Origin: Anthoceros angustus
Taxonomy: Eukaryota; Plantae; Anthocerotophyta
Assembly: GCA_010909165.1 (NCBI GenBank)
Contig: MU008164.1
Location: forward strand, 868,001 to 932,000
DNA length: 64,000 nucleotides
Direction: 5' to 3'
The notes beneath the pieces were generated by a model. That model was not told the DNA's origin. It saw only the letters and a program-made list of their open reading frames with translations, and did no database searches. The translations under genes were made by a program, and so were the position numbers. Of this stretch, positions 1 through 14,200 are shown in pieces; the first letter of the stretch is position 1; each line of letters opens with the position of its first letter.

Positions 1-2
1 GT

Positions 3-242
3 TTCCCCCAGGCGTCACTCTACGAAGTAAGTGCAGCAGGAGCCAAGCTTACAACAGCCTCGGATTGGCAGTTGACGGTGGGAGACGCCCCATCATCAGT
101 CATTGCATCTGAAGGTGTCATCCTGTTTGGATTGACCACTGACGCAGACTTCGGTGGTGCCTTCTTCGCTAGTGTTTTAGGTCAGTGGTTGTATGGAAGG
201 CACGTCCATGTGACCGCAAGACCACCATTATCACCAAAATAA
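3..242 (+). CDS. Possible terminal exon of an unidentified gene running in from the left edge
   Basis: Stop-free frame 3-242 (FPQASLYEVSAAGAKLTT...PPLSPK*), with a pyrimidine-rich ...cccccag acceptor-like site at 1-11. No homology recognised. Confidence 0.25.
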   Translation, partial: FPQASLYEVSAAGAKLTTASDWQLTVGDAPSSVIASEGVILFGLTTDADFGGAFFASVLGQWLYGRHVHVTARPPLSPK

Positions 243-444
243 CTGATTCAGTACACATTCTTCGTTTGCGCCAGTTTCATCAAATTGATATTCCTAAACA
301 ACAGAGGGACATGCAGGGGCTAGAATTTCCTACTGCCTGACCACGTAGAATATCATGGCAAACAGCGTAGCAACTTTGGCTTGGTTTCCGCTAACAAAAT
401 AGGTCACGGCGGCAGCAGCGTGTCCTCGTGAAAACCACTTCCTG

Positions 445-1005
445 CTACTCCGGTCCGCTCCCAGGAACAAGCTACATGGAACAAAACAACCGGGTTCGGT
501 CAGGTCAGCCTGTAGATGATAACATTCGGTGAAGAACCCCCGCTCTTGTCAGGCATAGAAAATACAGGAATGGGGAACTCACAATGGCAATGTTGTTCCC
601 GTTGAGAAGGATCTGATCGAGCTTGGTTATCCGACGTCCCTCCGGTGTGATCTCACTGTAACCAAAATACGAAAGAGTCAGCTGCAGCTCCCAAATTCCT
701 CCAACCAGGGACGCAGCAGAAAGTGCGGGGAGCTCACATACTATTCCGTTACGTCCTCCAGCACCATGTTGACGTAGACATCAAACCCTCGCAGTGTGCC
801 CACCAGCTCCTTGTCGCCCTTCATTATCACCCATATCTTGGATCCTATGCATCTGTCGATCAACTCTGCAACGTCCAACAAACACACACGCAACCCTTAC
901 ACTCAGATACAAAGCAACAGACATGAGCATCCAATGGAAGATAGCAGTTCAGATATCAACACCATCCCCACCGGAGGGCATCAGATGTGAAGGATTGTGC
1001 GACAT
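445..1005 (-). CDS. LSM5: Sm-like protein LSM5 (4 exons: 1005-972, 865-742, 655-583, 471-445)
   Basis: Manual splicing at GT-AG sites gives [85 protein letters not shown], the canonical plant LSM5 sequence. Not in the ORF track because the exons are short. Confidence 0.95.
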
Positions 1006-1529
1006 CGTGAAGCGAAGAGAGCACAACGGGAAGAATGGAGTCTTGAGTGTAGAACCCTAACTCTTCAGGTTGCTTTGGGATCCTTAGTTTCTTGATTAAG
1101 CGACACTAGATATTAATTGTTATCGTCATTACTCAGTGCAGAGTCGTCGGGCAAAACTCTCGCACGCGGCTCCCGCCAAGTCCATGGAATGAAGCGGCGG
1201 TGACGTCCACCTCCGAGGGGGGCGATCGTCCGAACTCGTATAGATGACTTCGGAGTATGTAATCTACTTAACGGACGCCTACTAGCATGGACTTTGGACA
1301 ACGCAGACAATGATAGGTAACGCTGAAAAAATGCCAAATGCCCTACCCATCCAGAATACCTCATAAAATCCATTGTTCCGTTCAACAAGACACAGAGCAG
1401 TGTCGACACTAGAAGGTGAGGATAAACTCCGTAAATAAGATGTACAGTCAAGTGACTCTAACGACTCAAATCGACAGGAGATATTTATTAAAAAGTCTTC
1501 AAGGAGGGCCTCTATCCTGCGCACAAGAC

Positions 1530-2781
<1,252 letters not shown>

Positions 2782-3204
2782 TCACCCACACCGTATGCGC
2801 CCAGGCGCCTGCAGCTTCCGCCTCGCAGAGGCACAACACACCACAAGCAGCAGAAACCCTGAAGACCGCACACGGATCTGAATCTTGAGTGACTGCCACA
2901 CCGGCCCACCCCGCCAGAAGAAGTGCGCGAAGCCTACTAGCGCAAACCCCGGTCTGGACAAGATCTTAGGGCTGCTTCACGGTTTCTTCCTTTTTGCCCC
3001 CTTCCTCATGGAAATCGGCCGGTAAATCCTCCCAATCAACGTAAATCAATGCGCACACTACCTACAGTAACTCTGTATTACCTACGCATGGTTTTCCGTG
3101 GTTCTGCATTGCCTGCCACATACATCACCTACATATGTACGTAGAGGTAGGCTTGCATTGTTGAGTGTGTTTGTGGTCAATTGTATCCCACATCTAATTG
3201 GACG

Positions 3205-3500
3205 TCAGGCCTTTTCAAGCTAGTACTGGGTCGATCCTTTTCGTATGGAGCTTGTCAGTTTTCCTTGTGCGAGATCTTTCAACTCGAGATTACAAGGCTC
3301 TGGGTCGGGTCTTCTCAAGCTAGTACTCGATTGGATCCTTTTCATAAGGAGCATGTCAGTTTTCCTTGTGTGAGATCTTTTAACTCGAGATTACATGTCT
3401 CTGGGTCGGGTCTTCTCAAGCTAGTACTCTATCGATTTTATTCGTATGGAGAGTGTCGGATTTTATTCGTATGGAGCTTGCCGGTTTTCCTTGTGTGAGA
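3205..3500. repeat. Tandem repeat, about 100-bp unit, about 3 degenerate copies
   Basis: Recurrence of cttctcaagctagtact ... gtcagttttccttgtg.gagatcttt.aactcgagattaca...ctctgggtcgggt. Confidence 0.8.
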
Positions 3501-4615
3501 CCGTTCAGCGCAATATTGTCTATTGACTCTAGTTTCAATTGTCCTTGTTAAGTCTATGGGCGTACTTTGTAACAAAGATGTTTGAAGGCTTGTCAGGCTA
3601 AGCTTTATATTTTAGTTTGTACTACTCGTGCTGAAAGTTGTCTTTGTTAAGCTTTCCATCTTCTTTCGGTACCTAGACATGGTATCTCAAACCATTATTA
3701 AGGCATATATATATTCCTTTGGTACTTTGATACAATATTTGGACGTACCCAAATAGTGTGCCTCGAACCATCGTAATGGTACACTTTTATTTGATACATC
3801 GAGGGGATGCTAGACATGAACAAGTAACCTAGTTGCAAACCATCACGTACTCCATCTCTTACTCCAAAGTGGTCTCATACCAAATCATTTAAATTAATCA
3901 GCATAGACTTAATGGAGTATTATTCTATTCCTTTTCATTATGCAATGCTGAGATTTAGCCCAAGCAAAATTTCTCTGCTTAGTGGGATGTGTAGAGGAGA
4001 GCAAGTATGTTAGACATATCGGGGTAGTGCAACTTGTCGCTAGTGCTAAGTCAAGTGAATGACACGGTTGTGGCATGGTCTGCCCTCCTTCCGGGCATCC
4101 TTCCTTTTGTTTCCGTAATTCCGTGGATTTGCCCTCTAGATTATCCCTTGCATTGTTGTCTAATGCTATTATCTATTTTTTCTTTTTTCTTTTTGGAAAC
4201 TTTTTTTTTTCAAAGATGCTTCCAATTGCACATGGATATGATAATGTGCTTGAGAATAATCGAGGCAACGTCGTCTGTCCCTTGCCGGTATCAAATGATC
4301 CCTAGCTCTCGCACTCTTGTGACCCGTTCCAGTATGCCAGTTAGCATACTCGCCCCTGCTCGTATATGGGCTGCTTCCGTGGTAAGTTCGAACTCCTCAA
4401 TATGCAACCTTGTTTCATCAGTAAATTCTTTTATTTGTAAAATATCTATCAAATTATTGATCAAAAGAATTACAATCGAAAGGAGGTCTTACAGCCTCAA
4501 AGACTCTTCTTATTTTTTATCTACAATGGTTGAGGAAAAGGTAATGAATGATAGAATCACTCATTACCCTTCAACCAAGGAACTATCCGATCACAATTTG
4601 AAGTGAGTACAATGG

Positions 4616-4996
4616 TTAATTAAACTGCTCTAGGGTGGCCAACGAGAGGGACTCATCCGTGTTCCTTAGCTCCCTACTTTCATCGCACTCATTTCTTTCT
4701 TCTTTGTAGAGCAATCTTTGTTGTGTGTCAGTCTTTTGCACAAGCTTCTTCATCGCGCTACCTCTAGGCTTAGCTTCCGGAGGTATTCGTCGAACCAAAG
4801 GAGGCAATGGATCATATGGTGGCATCCATAATACATTATTCTCTAATGAAAATTTAACTCTTTTTTTGGGGGGGACAGAGATCTGCTTGTCCTCTTTGAC
4901 AATCAAGATATCTATATGAATTTTCACTTCATCCTTTTCTTGAGTCAAGATATCAAATCGTATTTTCGCAATTTCATCACCCATTGTAGCAAGCAT
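4616..4996 (-). other. Orphan 126-aa ORF in a repeated segment; decayed second copy at about 10065-10327
   Basis: MGDEIAKIRFDILTQEKDEVKIHIDIL...PPYDPL...GSAMKK. The same nucleotide block recurs at about 10065-10327 with a stop and a frameshift. Confidence 0.45.
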
Positions 4997-5989
4997 GTAT
5001 CATGGCATGGCAAGTAGGTAGGAGGAAGGCATATATAGGCAGATGAGAGGAGGACTTCTGTCGAAGTCCAAGGACAATGGTAGATAGGCGGATAGGGGTC
5101 TTTTGTCCATGATCCAAGGACAATGTTAGGGTGGTAGCTGATAAGACGTAGGATGGATAAAACGAATAAGATAGTAAGAACGTAGATGGGCTACTGGCTT
5201 AGCTGGTGGTCACAGGCAACTGTAGGTAGATAGGTTCTCTGCCAATGTTGGTCTTGTGGGTGTAGATCTGAGGCACTCGTGAGAAAAACAATGGCACCAT
5301 AACTGTGAGCACAGTGGGCTGTGCGTGTCTGATAGCTAGTATCGATCTTGTCCATCACATGATGCATTGGCAAGGTTAAGAGGGTTGGCGGCGCACCTGG
5401 AAGATGGAATGTGGTTTTCTCACGAGATAAGTGACAAGCTCACGTTGTGTGAATAGGCTTTTTAGTTTTCTGCACATTGGGGTGTTGAACGGATCGGAAC
5501 ACGCGGACAATATGATGTATGAGATTCTGATCTCAATTTCTAACCACATTTCCTTCTTGTAGATGCGCAGAGCTCCCTCGGCCGTCACTAAAATCAGAGG
5601 CAACAAAGCCGGTTCGACTGACGCGGCGTGGTGAGGAGGATAACAGCATTATGTCGCCTGCAGACACTTTAGTATTCCACGACATGTTGACGAGCTGATC
5701 TGGATGCTAAGTAGCGCAAGCCTAACAAAGGCAGCAGCTGATAAGGGGTGAAGGGAACGCAAGGATGATTCCAGACTTCACTACCTTAAGATATTGCAGC
5801 AGAAGCATTGCGGAGTGGACAACGTTGATGTGAATAGAATCCGAGGAGGTCTGGTAGTGATTGTGGGTCGAGGTGATTGACACCCTTGCTTGGATATCTA
5901 GGTACAGTGGCTATAGAGTTGCCTATGATCGCATTCCGGAAGTGACGAGGCAAAGGGATGCGGAGAAGCAAGGGCTTACAAATATAGGC

Positions 5990-6238
5990 TTTGTGTAAAT
6001 CGATTACTCATTTAGCAATTACATATTACATTGTGTATCAAGAAAAAGGCTTAAGTGCTTATGCTGAAAAGACACTACAAACTAAACTTAAAAGTCATAA
6101 GGGTTCGCCATGGGTCGTAACCCTAATGAACGGGTACTAGCTATTATTTATTTCAGCTACCCTTATAATTGCCCTATATTATTAATGCAAACCTAATTCA
6201 CGGATATTATCAACACTATCCTTTCAACACTCCCACTT
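5990..6238 (-). mobile_element. Putative polypurine tract plus 3' LTR start of the retroelement
   Basis: On the minus strand aagtgggag (6238-6230) is immediately followed by TGTTGAAAGG..., the typical PPT/LTR junction. The other LTR end is not resolved. Confidence 0.45.
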
Positions 6239-6589
6239 GGTGATCATATCAGGAATTCTCAGTCCTGCTTCGCGAGTCTCAGTCCTTTCATGCGAGAGCC
6301 AACTGAGATTCCAGCCATGAACTGTGAGTGCTTGGTCTCCACCTGCTCTACGCCCCGAAACTCCCTCGTTCGATACTTAATAGAGCTTGCCCATGAAAAA
6401 CCACTTGAGGCCAGGTGCGCGATATTTCTCTTCGCCCTGTTTACTCTTAGCATCCTTACCAGAGAGCAACTGGAGAGTCACCTGATCAAGATGTCTTCGT
6501 CTTCTGAGGAAAAGAAGGCTGCCCACCGCTATGTGAGGGATAGCCAGGGCCGCTTTGCAAATGCGAGAGGAGCTTCTAGGACACCTGTC

Positions 6590-7591
6590 TCTAGCTCCAG
6601 CGGGAGAGTTGAACATTATTTCTACTTGACAGCCAAACCTAGTAATCACATGATGATACAAAAAGTTCTCTACCAATTCTCTTGATATTGCTGGCATAGA
6701 CTCGGCTTCAACCCACGTGGTAGTATAATCAGTCGTTGTCACTATGTAACAATTTCCATGAACAGTTGTTGTCACTATGTAACAATTTGCATGAAATGAC
6801 ACTGGACTGATCGGACCTATATAATCAATGCCCCACTTGACAAAGGGGCCACTAGGAAACACCGGACATAACAACCCACTCTTCAATGGCACTTGGGCAA
6901 ACTTCAGGAAAGTACTACCTGTCGACAATACTCACGAACATCTTTGAATAAGGTAGGCTAGTAAAAACCAGCCCTTAGAATTTTTTTGACCAGTCGCAAG
7001 CGCATCAAAATGACCACCACACACAGAGTCATGCATCTCAAAAAGAATCTAAGGTATCTGTTCGCCCCATACACACAAGCGTAGGATCCTATCAAGACCA
7101 ATTTTGAACAACTTCCCTTCTATCATGGTGTATGCCTTCGACCAAGATTGTAACCTCCTCTTCATGCCTGGATCATCTCCTCCTGGCATTTTCCCATCGT
7201 TGAGATAGTCTGCAATTTGTTGATACAGGGCTGCAGGGTTTTCAATTTTTATAGCCATCACTTGGAACATTGTACATGTGTTCCTCCTTGCATTCCTGCA
7301 TAGACCTGCATCAGCCATCTTGTGTGCCCTAATATTCTGAGCTTTGTTGATGTGTAGAAATGCAACTCCATCCATCATTGCCACAACCCTTAAGCTCACA
7401 ATCTGTATCAAGACTGGGGCTGGCACTGGACTGGCCTGGCCTGCTGCAAAATTTTGGACCTCATGCAACATTCCTGAGTCGTGGCTCTTGATCATTACCC
7501 GCTTTGCTCCACACTTGACTGCTTCCACTAAAGCTGCCAAAATTGCCATCGCCTCCTCATGGTCACGCACAAGCATAGTCCTGGATATCAA
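6590..7591 (-). mobile_element. Degenerate Gypsy (Tat/Ogre-like) additional RNase H plus integrase
   Basis: RVT_3-like RNase H (EEAMAILAALVEAVKCGAKRVMIK...HINKAQNIRAHKMA), linker IADYLNDGKMP...YTMIEGKLFKIGLDRILRLCV, HHCC relic (EMHDSVCGGHF) and rve core GPFVKWGIDYIGPI...DYTTTWVEAE...VITRFG. Contains frameshifts and a 33-bp internal duplication. Confidence 0.85.
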
Positions 7592-7599
7592 ACAGATTC

Positions 7600-8100
7600 G
7601 TGTTCCTGAGGGAGACCTTATATTATGCCTCGATGCAGGACAAAGCTATTGTCGGCTATTTCTTACTGGACCAGCATATTGGACCTCCTGCTACACACAC
7701 CACATGGCCTGAGACAAACTTCCTGGTGTCTATGGCTTCGGCATAGTCAGAGTGTGTGTAAACCTCCAAGTCCAGAGGAGCTCCTAACCGGTAAGACTAC
7801 TTTATACCTCTGTTAGCAGTCCCTTTTAGGTACCTGAATACACGATTAACATAGCTCCAATATTCCTGTCCAGGGTTTTCAAGGTATTGGATAAGACACT
7901 AGTTGCGTAAGCCACCTCTGGTCTAGTTGCGTTCGCAGCATATATGAGTTTTTCAACTGAGTAGAACCATCTGATCCTTCTCACTTTGTGTGACAGGTGA
8001 CATGCTCTTGCTGAGCTTTAAGTCACTGGGAAGAGGTGTGGCTGCAACCTTGGCATCCTTGAGACCAAACTGTTCATATGTGCGCAATTGCACCTGTGTC
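7600..8100 (-). mobile_element. Degenerate Copia RT C-terminus / RNase H start
   Basis: Minus strand across stops and frameshifts: LIYAANATRPEVAYATSVLS..YLENPGQEYWSYVNRVFRYLKGT ... SDYAE..DTRKFVSG ... WSSKK*PTIALSCIEA*Y, the Ty1/copia motifs. Confidence 0.8.
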
Positions 8101-8229
8101 AAGGTAGCATTCATGAAATGGTCTTACCTCTGTTTTTGTTGACAAATAGGTGGGAAGGACAAGAGAATGAGCAAACTCCCTGGTCCCTACAGTCATGACT
8201 AATGGGGAAGATTGCTTCTTCACCACGAC

Positions 8230-9137
8230 GTGTGTCTCTGAAGTGGAATTGCCCTGCTTGCGAGGTATTTCGGCCTGCTTCTTTCGACACTTGCTTTCCC
8301 AATGGCCTGGAATTTGGCACCAGTGTCATTTTCCAGACTTCTTGGATTTCTTTTGTGAGGAACCCTTTTGAGAGCTTCCAGCAACTAAAGAGCTTTATCG
8401 ACCTCGAAAATTAGGCTTTCCACCTTTTCCTCGGTTTGTGGTGTAGAGGGCATGCTGTTTGCCCTTTCCAGGTCTTTTTGTTGCCTCTTCCTCAAGAAGA
8501 GCTCCCACTAATTCTGTGAATGTCATCTCGGGGAGAGTAACATTTGCAGCCTTAGCTAAATTCTTAGCCGTGAGCTGTGAGGCATTCAGTGAGGTCACAA
8601 AGTGTGACCAGGATGGAGATAATGAGAGCATAAGGTACAAAGCCAGCATGTCATCCTTGACGACCTCATTGGAAGCACTCTCGAGTCTTGCAACAAGGTT
8701 TCTGAAGATTCCAATGTGCTTTGCAAGTGAGTCACCATCTCTCATTTTGCAATTCTGAAGATTCCGCAAGGCTGTCATTTGACTAGTTGTATTGTTGCCA
8801 GAATACAGATTTGGCAAACGAGTCCAGACTTCAGCAGCTGTTGTACTTCCAGAGGTTTGCTTCATCATGTCAGTAGTGAGGCCACTTTTGATTATGTACA
8901 TGACATGTTCATTTTTGACTGCCCAAGCTTCCTTTGCTGCATCGTCCTTTCTTCATCTTTTTCTTCGTCATTGGCCACCCTCCAAAGTCTCTTACTCTGG
9001 AGAATGCCTTGCATCCTCATGACCCAAATGTCATAGTCCTGTTCACCAAATCTATCCTTCTCTCTAAAACCGTCACCACCTATGTGATTCATACTGGATG
9101 AAGGCTCACCCATTTCTACAGGTATGAAGTAACTCAC
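8230..9137 (-). mobile_element. Copia-type gag (UBN2-like) with zinc-knuckle relic, frameshifted
   Basis: DYDIWVMRMQGILQSKRLW; AAEVWTRLPNLYS; LQNCKMRDGDSLAKHIGIFRNLVARLE; LMLSLSPSWSHFVTSL; downstream CQIPGHWESKC. Confidence 0.85.
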
Positions 9138-11218
9138 TCTAAATGTGATTAGATTAGGTGGCTAATTTTGAACACGAATGTTTGTTTATGATCTATCATG
9201 TTGTAGGTTAGTCACTAGAGAATGGTTCTAGAGACAAGAGGAGTGAAAATGGCTACAGGAACATGTCAGAATGGGCTACAAGTGCTACATCAGCAGCAAA
9301 TAATCATAGAATATTAGTAGGGTTACCAGACCTGTCATTTAGATGAAGTATTGCAGCCTGTTGTGCTTGGTTCTGCGCTATTCTGTTGTTCCTACTCTCC
9401 CACCTATTGTATGCATAGGTAGAGCATGAAGGGCACGAGTTTGGACTATCGAATTTATAATTTTTGTTAGTTTTGCTAACAGGCCTGCATGCAGTACATT
9501 TGAATATTGGATGTGTTAGTAATTCAGGCTTCAGCAAAGCTAGCAACCTAAAGTCAATATGCAAAATCTGCTCCTTCAAGTCTAGACCATCAACTCCAAC
9601 AGGTTAGTATTGCTGTATCTTTTGTCCACGCTTCTCTGATGTGCTTCAATTCTTTCAGTTACTTACAACATTGTGTGGTGTTTGGGATGTCCGTTCCCAT
9701 CGAAGGAACATTGAACACGAACTTCAGGCAAATTGTTGGGGTTTCTGGCAGGTGGAGTGAATACCAAATGTCGTTCATCAGGATAGAGGGTCTCAATCAG
9801 CGTTTTGAAAGACTCCCTCAATTTAGTGGCGCCTACTTACCACCGGTGTCGAAGAAGCTGCATCTCTTGCGTTCGCTGTCGTTCTATATACTGCATTAGC
9901 CAACGCCCTCTGCAGAGCGATGGAAACCCTCTGCCAGAAGAAAGCAACAATACAAGAACTGGCCATTCATTGGGCCAATTTTTCCTAATTATTATAGTTA
10001 TTTAGGGCACCATGCCAGGTTTGGGTTGTTATGGGTATTCAGTTTTGGGCAATCTTTTAGCACGCAATCTGCCTGTTGCACAATCTTGTTCATTGCGCTA
10101 CCTCTAAGCTTAGCTCCCGTAGGTATTTGTTGAACCAAAGAATGCAATGGATCATATGGTGGCACCAAAAAATATTATTCTCTAACAAAAATCTCTTGTT
10201 TTTGGGGGACGGAGGTATGCTTGTTCTCTTCGACAATCAAGATATCTATGTGAATTTTCATTTCATCCTTTTCAAGAGTCAAGTTATCAAATCATATTTT
10301 CACAATTTCATCACCCATTGTAGGAAGCAGGCCTGCTGTAAAAATTATAAGCTATTTCAAGATTGTAAACCCGAACTACCACTTTTTTACTATATCTTAA
10401 GAAGTTGAGTCCCATAGCAAAGTTTGTGCACCTTCCATGTGATGCACAAATTAGAACTTTGTGATATAGTTGCTAGAGCTTCTAACTTATCATAAGTTCA
10501 TAAATAATTGTTAAGGGTTTATAGTTATATATATAGAGATTTTATCCTCATATCATTTTTAAAAATAAAAATAAAAATATTGAATCTATTTGTTTTTAAA
10601 AAATAATTAGTTCGGCATAACCTGTTGAACCACCCCTGGGGGTACGGTAGATTGGCGGTAAGGAAAGTGAAAAATAATGGCACAAAACACGGGCAAATGT
10701 TTCGAATTTTGTAATTTGAAAAATTTGAGGCGCAGGTTGTTCATGTGCTTGTGGCAAGGCTGTGAGAAGGGACACTCACTGTGCGGGAGGAGGAGTTTGT
10801 GTCGTGTTGGAAGTCGGGTGCCGTAATGTGTGGCACACCCAGCTGTTCCCTGCTGTCCCGTCCTTCCTGAAGCACGATAAAGGATCTCGGCAGCTAGTTA
10901 GTATGGTGCTCTCCAGGGCCAGGGCCAGGGCCAGGAACTCTTCTTCGGTTCTTGGGAGCATGCAACTGTTGTTGTGCCATGGCCAGCAGCATTGGAGGCA
11001 ATTCTGAAGGGGAAAGAAAATGCCTCTCACCTTCCACGATGGAGGAACCAGCACCTCTAGGTTTGCCCGGCAAGGAGCTGTGCTGAAGGGTGTGCCCATT
11101 GGGCGCACCAACCGGCCGGTTGGCGGGGCTCGCCTTAGGGTTGCAATTGGCCTCGCTTCTTGAGCTCCATCGGGTCCAGGCAGCATGGGCCAGTAGCAGT
11201 CCCCGGCCCAGCAGCAGG

Positions 11219-14200
11219 ATGCAAGTTATCACTTCTTGTATCGGCTCCTGGAAGGTGGATTCTTGCTCCGTCTCCACTGCATGGCAGGGCCATCCGGTGT
11301 TGGTGGAGAAGCAGCTTCGGGGAAGCAGCTTGGGGTTCAACTCCGCTTGCAGGCCTCCGATCCGAGCTAAGTTGCAGTCGTCGCATTCTCCCAAGGATCA
11401 GAACGGGGATGTCGGCCCCGCTGCGCAATTCCCCTTCCATCCTCTGTTTGCGCACTCCTTGTCGTTTCTGAAGAAGTTCTCTTGCGGCCAACTGCCGGGG
11501 CAGCTGCATTCGCCGTCCGTGCTCTTCTGTTATGCGCAGCCTCGGCGGAAGCGGAGGGCTATCGTGTCGCTCTTCAAGCATTCGGGCAAATGGCTGCGGA
11601 ATCCGCGGGATCCCAAGGTGTCTGGGAAGCTGCTGGGGTCGCGCAGGGTCTATCGTGTTGTGAGCAAGCTGTTCAGGAGCTCGATATGGGTTGCTGCGAT
11701 TCTGTTGGTGGGCGGGGGTTTGCTGTACGGGCAAGCGAAAGCTCAGGATTATTTGGACACGAACGTGATACCGTCGCTGGCTGTTATGGTAGGGGCTCAT
11801 CTGCAGAGGGAAGTCGTGCTTGGGAGGGTGGCTGGTCTCACGCCCTTGGGGTTCAGGATGGGGCCGTCTTCTGTGAGCACACATGGGGAGGAGTTCTCGT
11901 GTGGAGAGCTTCCCGATGTGGAGATCAAGATCAAGCCCTTTGCAAGTCTTCAGAGGGGGCAGCTTGTGGTTGATGCAGTTCTTACTGAACCTAGCCTGTT
12001 GGTTGCTCAGAAGGAGGACTGGTCGTGGCTGGGGATTCCCAGCCCGGCAGAGAAAAAATTCTCTAGGCATAGTTCCGAGGCAGGAATTGATGCCAGAACC
12101 AAGTCTAGAAGACTGGCTAGAGAGGAAACTGCCCAAAGGCTGGGGAGTGGGAGGAACGTGGCTGCTAGGAGAGCTGCGGAGCAAGGGTATTTTGTGCGTG
12201 AGTGTCCTAGACCAGTGGATCAACCGGTTGAGAATGCTGCAGGTAAAGCTGAAAGACCGGTTGGTCTACTCGACAAAACTTTCGGTAAAGTTCATCATCT
12301 ACTCGATGAAAAGAAGAGGGGTCGAGCCAATGCATTCGAGCTTGATGGGGTGAATGAGAGGTCACAGGATCTGCACGCAGCTGGACCTGCATTTGCTGTA
12401 AATGTTGATGCAGCTGCAGCACCACCCTTTGATCAAAGAGGCAGAATTTCTATCGTAGCCCGTAGAGCTGATGCTTATAGTGTAGGGTGCTCGGATGATG
12501 AGAAAGCAGGACTTGTAGGTTCTTCGCGTGACCAGGTTGGAGTGCAGAATGTGAACAGTAAAGTTTTCTTGGGAGATCGGGACCCGGTAAAAAAAGTGGA
12601 CCACTTGAAGAGCGCTTCTGATTCCACTGATTTTCGGGATAAGTTGGGGGATGAAAATGGTGCACAGGATGAGGCTAGTAGTACCAGTTTGCATGGTGAG
12701 GGGACGTCAGGGTCATCTTTACGAGCAGGAAGCCGGTGGATAAGTGGGCAGGTTTTGAGACCTGTGCGGAGAGTGCTATTGAAGAGGTGGTCCCAAGAGA
12801 GTCTTAAACCGCCATCTAAGGCAGACTTGCAGAGAAAAAACCTTAGTCACAGTGCAGCAGCAGCCAAATCCTTCTTTGAACGACAAGATCAAGGTCAGCA
12901 TATTGTCTTGCATGGTGAAGAGGAGCAACCACTTGTTGGGAGTACGAGGCATGAAGCAGGCTCTGTGGCAGGGAACCCAACTGTTATGCAGTCTGTGGGA
13001 CAGGAAAGACATTGCGCTGATGAAGTTGGAGAGCATGCTTCTGAGTATTCGGATGAAGAGAATGGTAATAGCCTTTTTGTTCCAATTGAACAACAGATGC
13101 ATGGCCTAGGGTTCATGGCAAAAAGGATTCTGGCACAGTCGGAGAGGAAAATTGAAGAGGGATGGTCACCTGTTGCACTTGAGACTGTTCATTTCAAGGA
13201 TGGAAATTTGATGCTGCTGGCTTATGGCGATGGGGAGGCAAGGTTGTAACTCAGGCCCTGCTGTCCCCACTTTGTAGTGAACTACACTGACACATTTGGC
13301 CTGCATCATCTGTGACGCAGCATATCCATTAGCTGCAGCTGAATGACCTGTGTTTGATTTTCATAGTACTGAGGCACTTTGTTAGTTGCAGGGTATTAGA
13401 TGGAGTCACTGGATATCTGAAGCTTGGGAGTGGCTATGAGCGTGTAAGTGCTTATATAACGGGCAGACCGAAGACATGGAAGACAGAAGCTGCAGGTGGT
13501 GATGGAGGAAAGCTCATGGTGAAAGTAGAAGTTGATATGATGGATCAATCGTGGGATGTCAAAGTCAGAGGCCATCATCTCTTTGCACCTGTCAGTAGCT
13601 CTGATACCATATGACCTTGGTTGTGGGGCGGGTTGTGAGGTCCGGGTGGTGTGGTTTGTTGGGTTCATTCCATGTCAGAGGTCTATCATCACCTTGGTCT
13701 TTGTGCCTTAGTTCTTAGAAAGGTGGAATTTTGTTCTGTGTTCCTGCTGACAGCTTCTTGAAAGGCTTCTGGAGATTCCCATTGACTGGTCACAAGGAAG
13801 AGCTACTGGGGAGGTGAGATGCAACTTGTCTGGTCTATTCTTGAATTTTCAAGCAAATGCAGTTTGAATGTCTATGATGCATTACGGCTGTCACCTGCTG
13901 TTGCTGAACTCCATCGATTTGTTTAGGTGCATATATGGATGGGAAGGCGTGACAACTTCCCCAAGTTTGGAGGACGGGTGGATGTCACTGGTCTTAATTT
14001 TCGAATATGGGAGGCTCCCTCTGAATTTAAGGTATTCCCTTGACCACCTCTATTCCCACGGCACACAACCTTCTTGTTGGACCACTTGTATTGAAAAGTT
14101 TGTTATATTGGGTTGCAGGGAGTTGGGGGAACCATATGCTTCCAGGGTCAGCGACTCTTTTTTCACAATGCCTCAGGACGCTACGGCTCTGTGCCTCTAA

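Noticed and set aside
4034-4606. 190-aa plus-strand ORF
   Set aside because: No recognisable motif, non-ATG start and low-complexity composition; it probably shadows a decayed minus-strand ORF.
5608-5625. ggttcgact, resembling a tRNA T-loop
   Set aside because: No D-arm, anticodon arm or acceptor stem can be formed around it.
9639-10005. Short ORFs possibly from an LRR-type gene
   Set aside because: No convincing LxxLxL periodicity or other motif.
11135-12223. 362-aa minus-strand ORF
   Set aside because: Antisense shadow of GC-rich TIC236 exon 1.
13599-13609. ctctgatacca (reverse complement of the tRNA-Met primer-binding site)
   Set aside because: It lies in a TIC236 intron with no adjacent LTR or retroelement ORF; a chance match.
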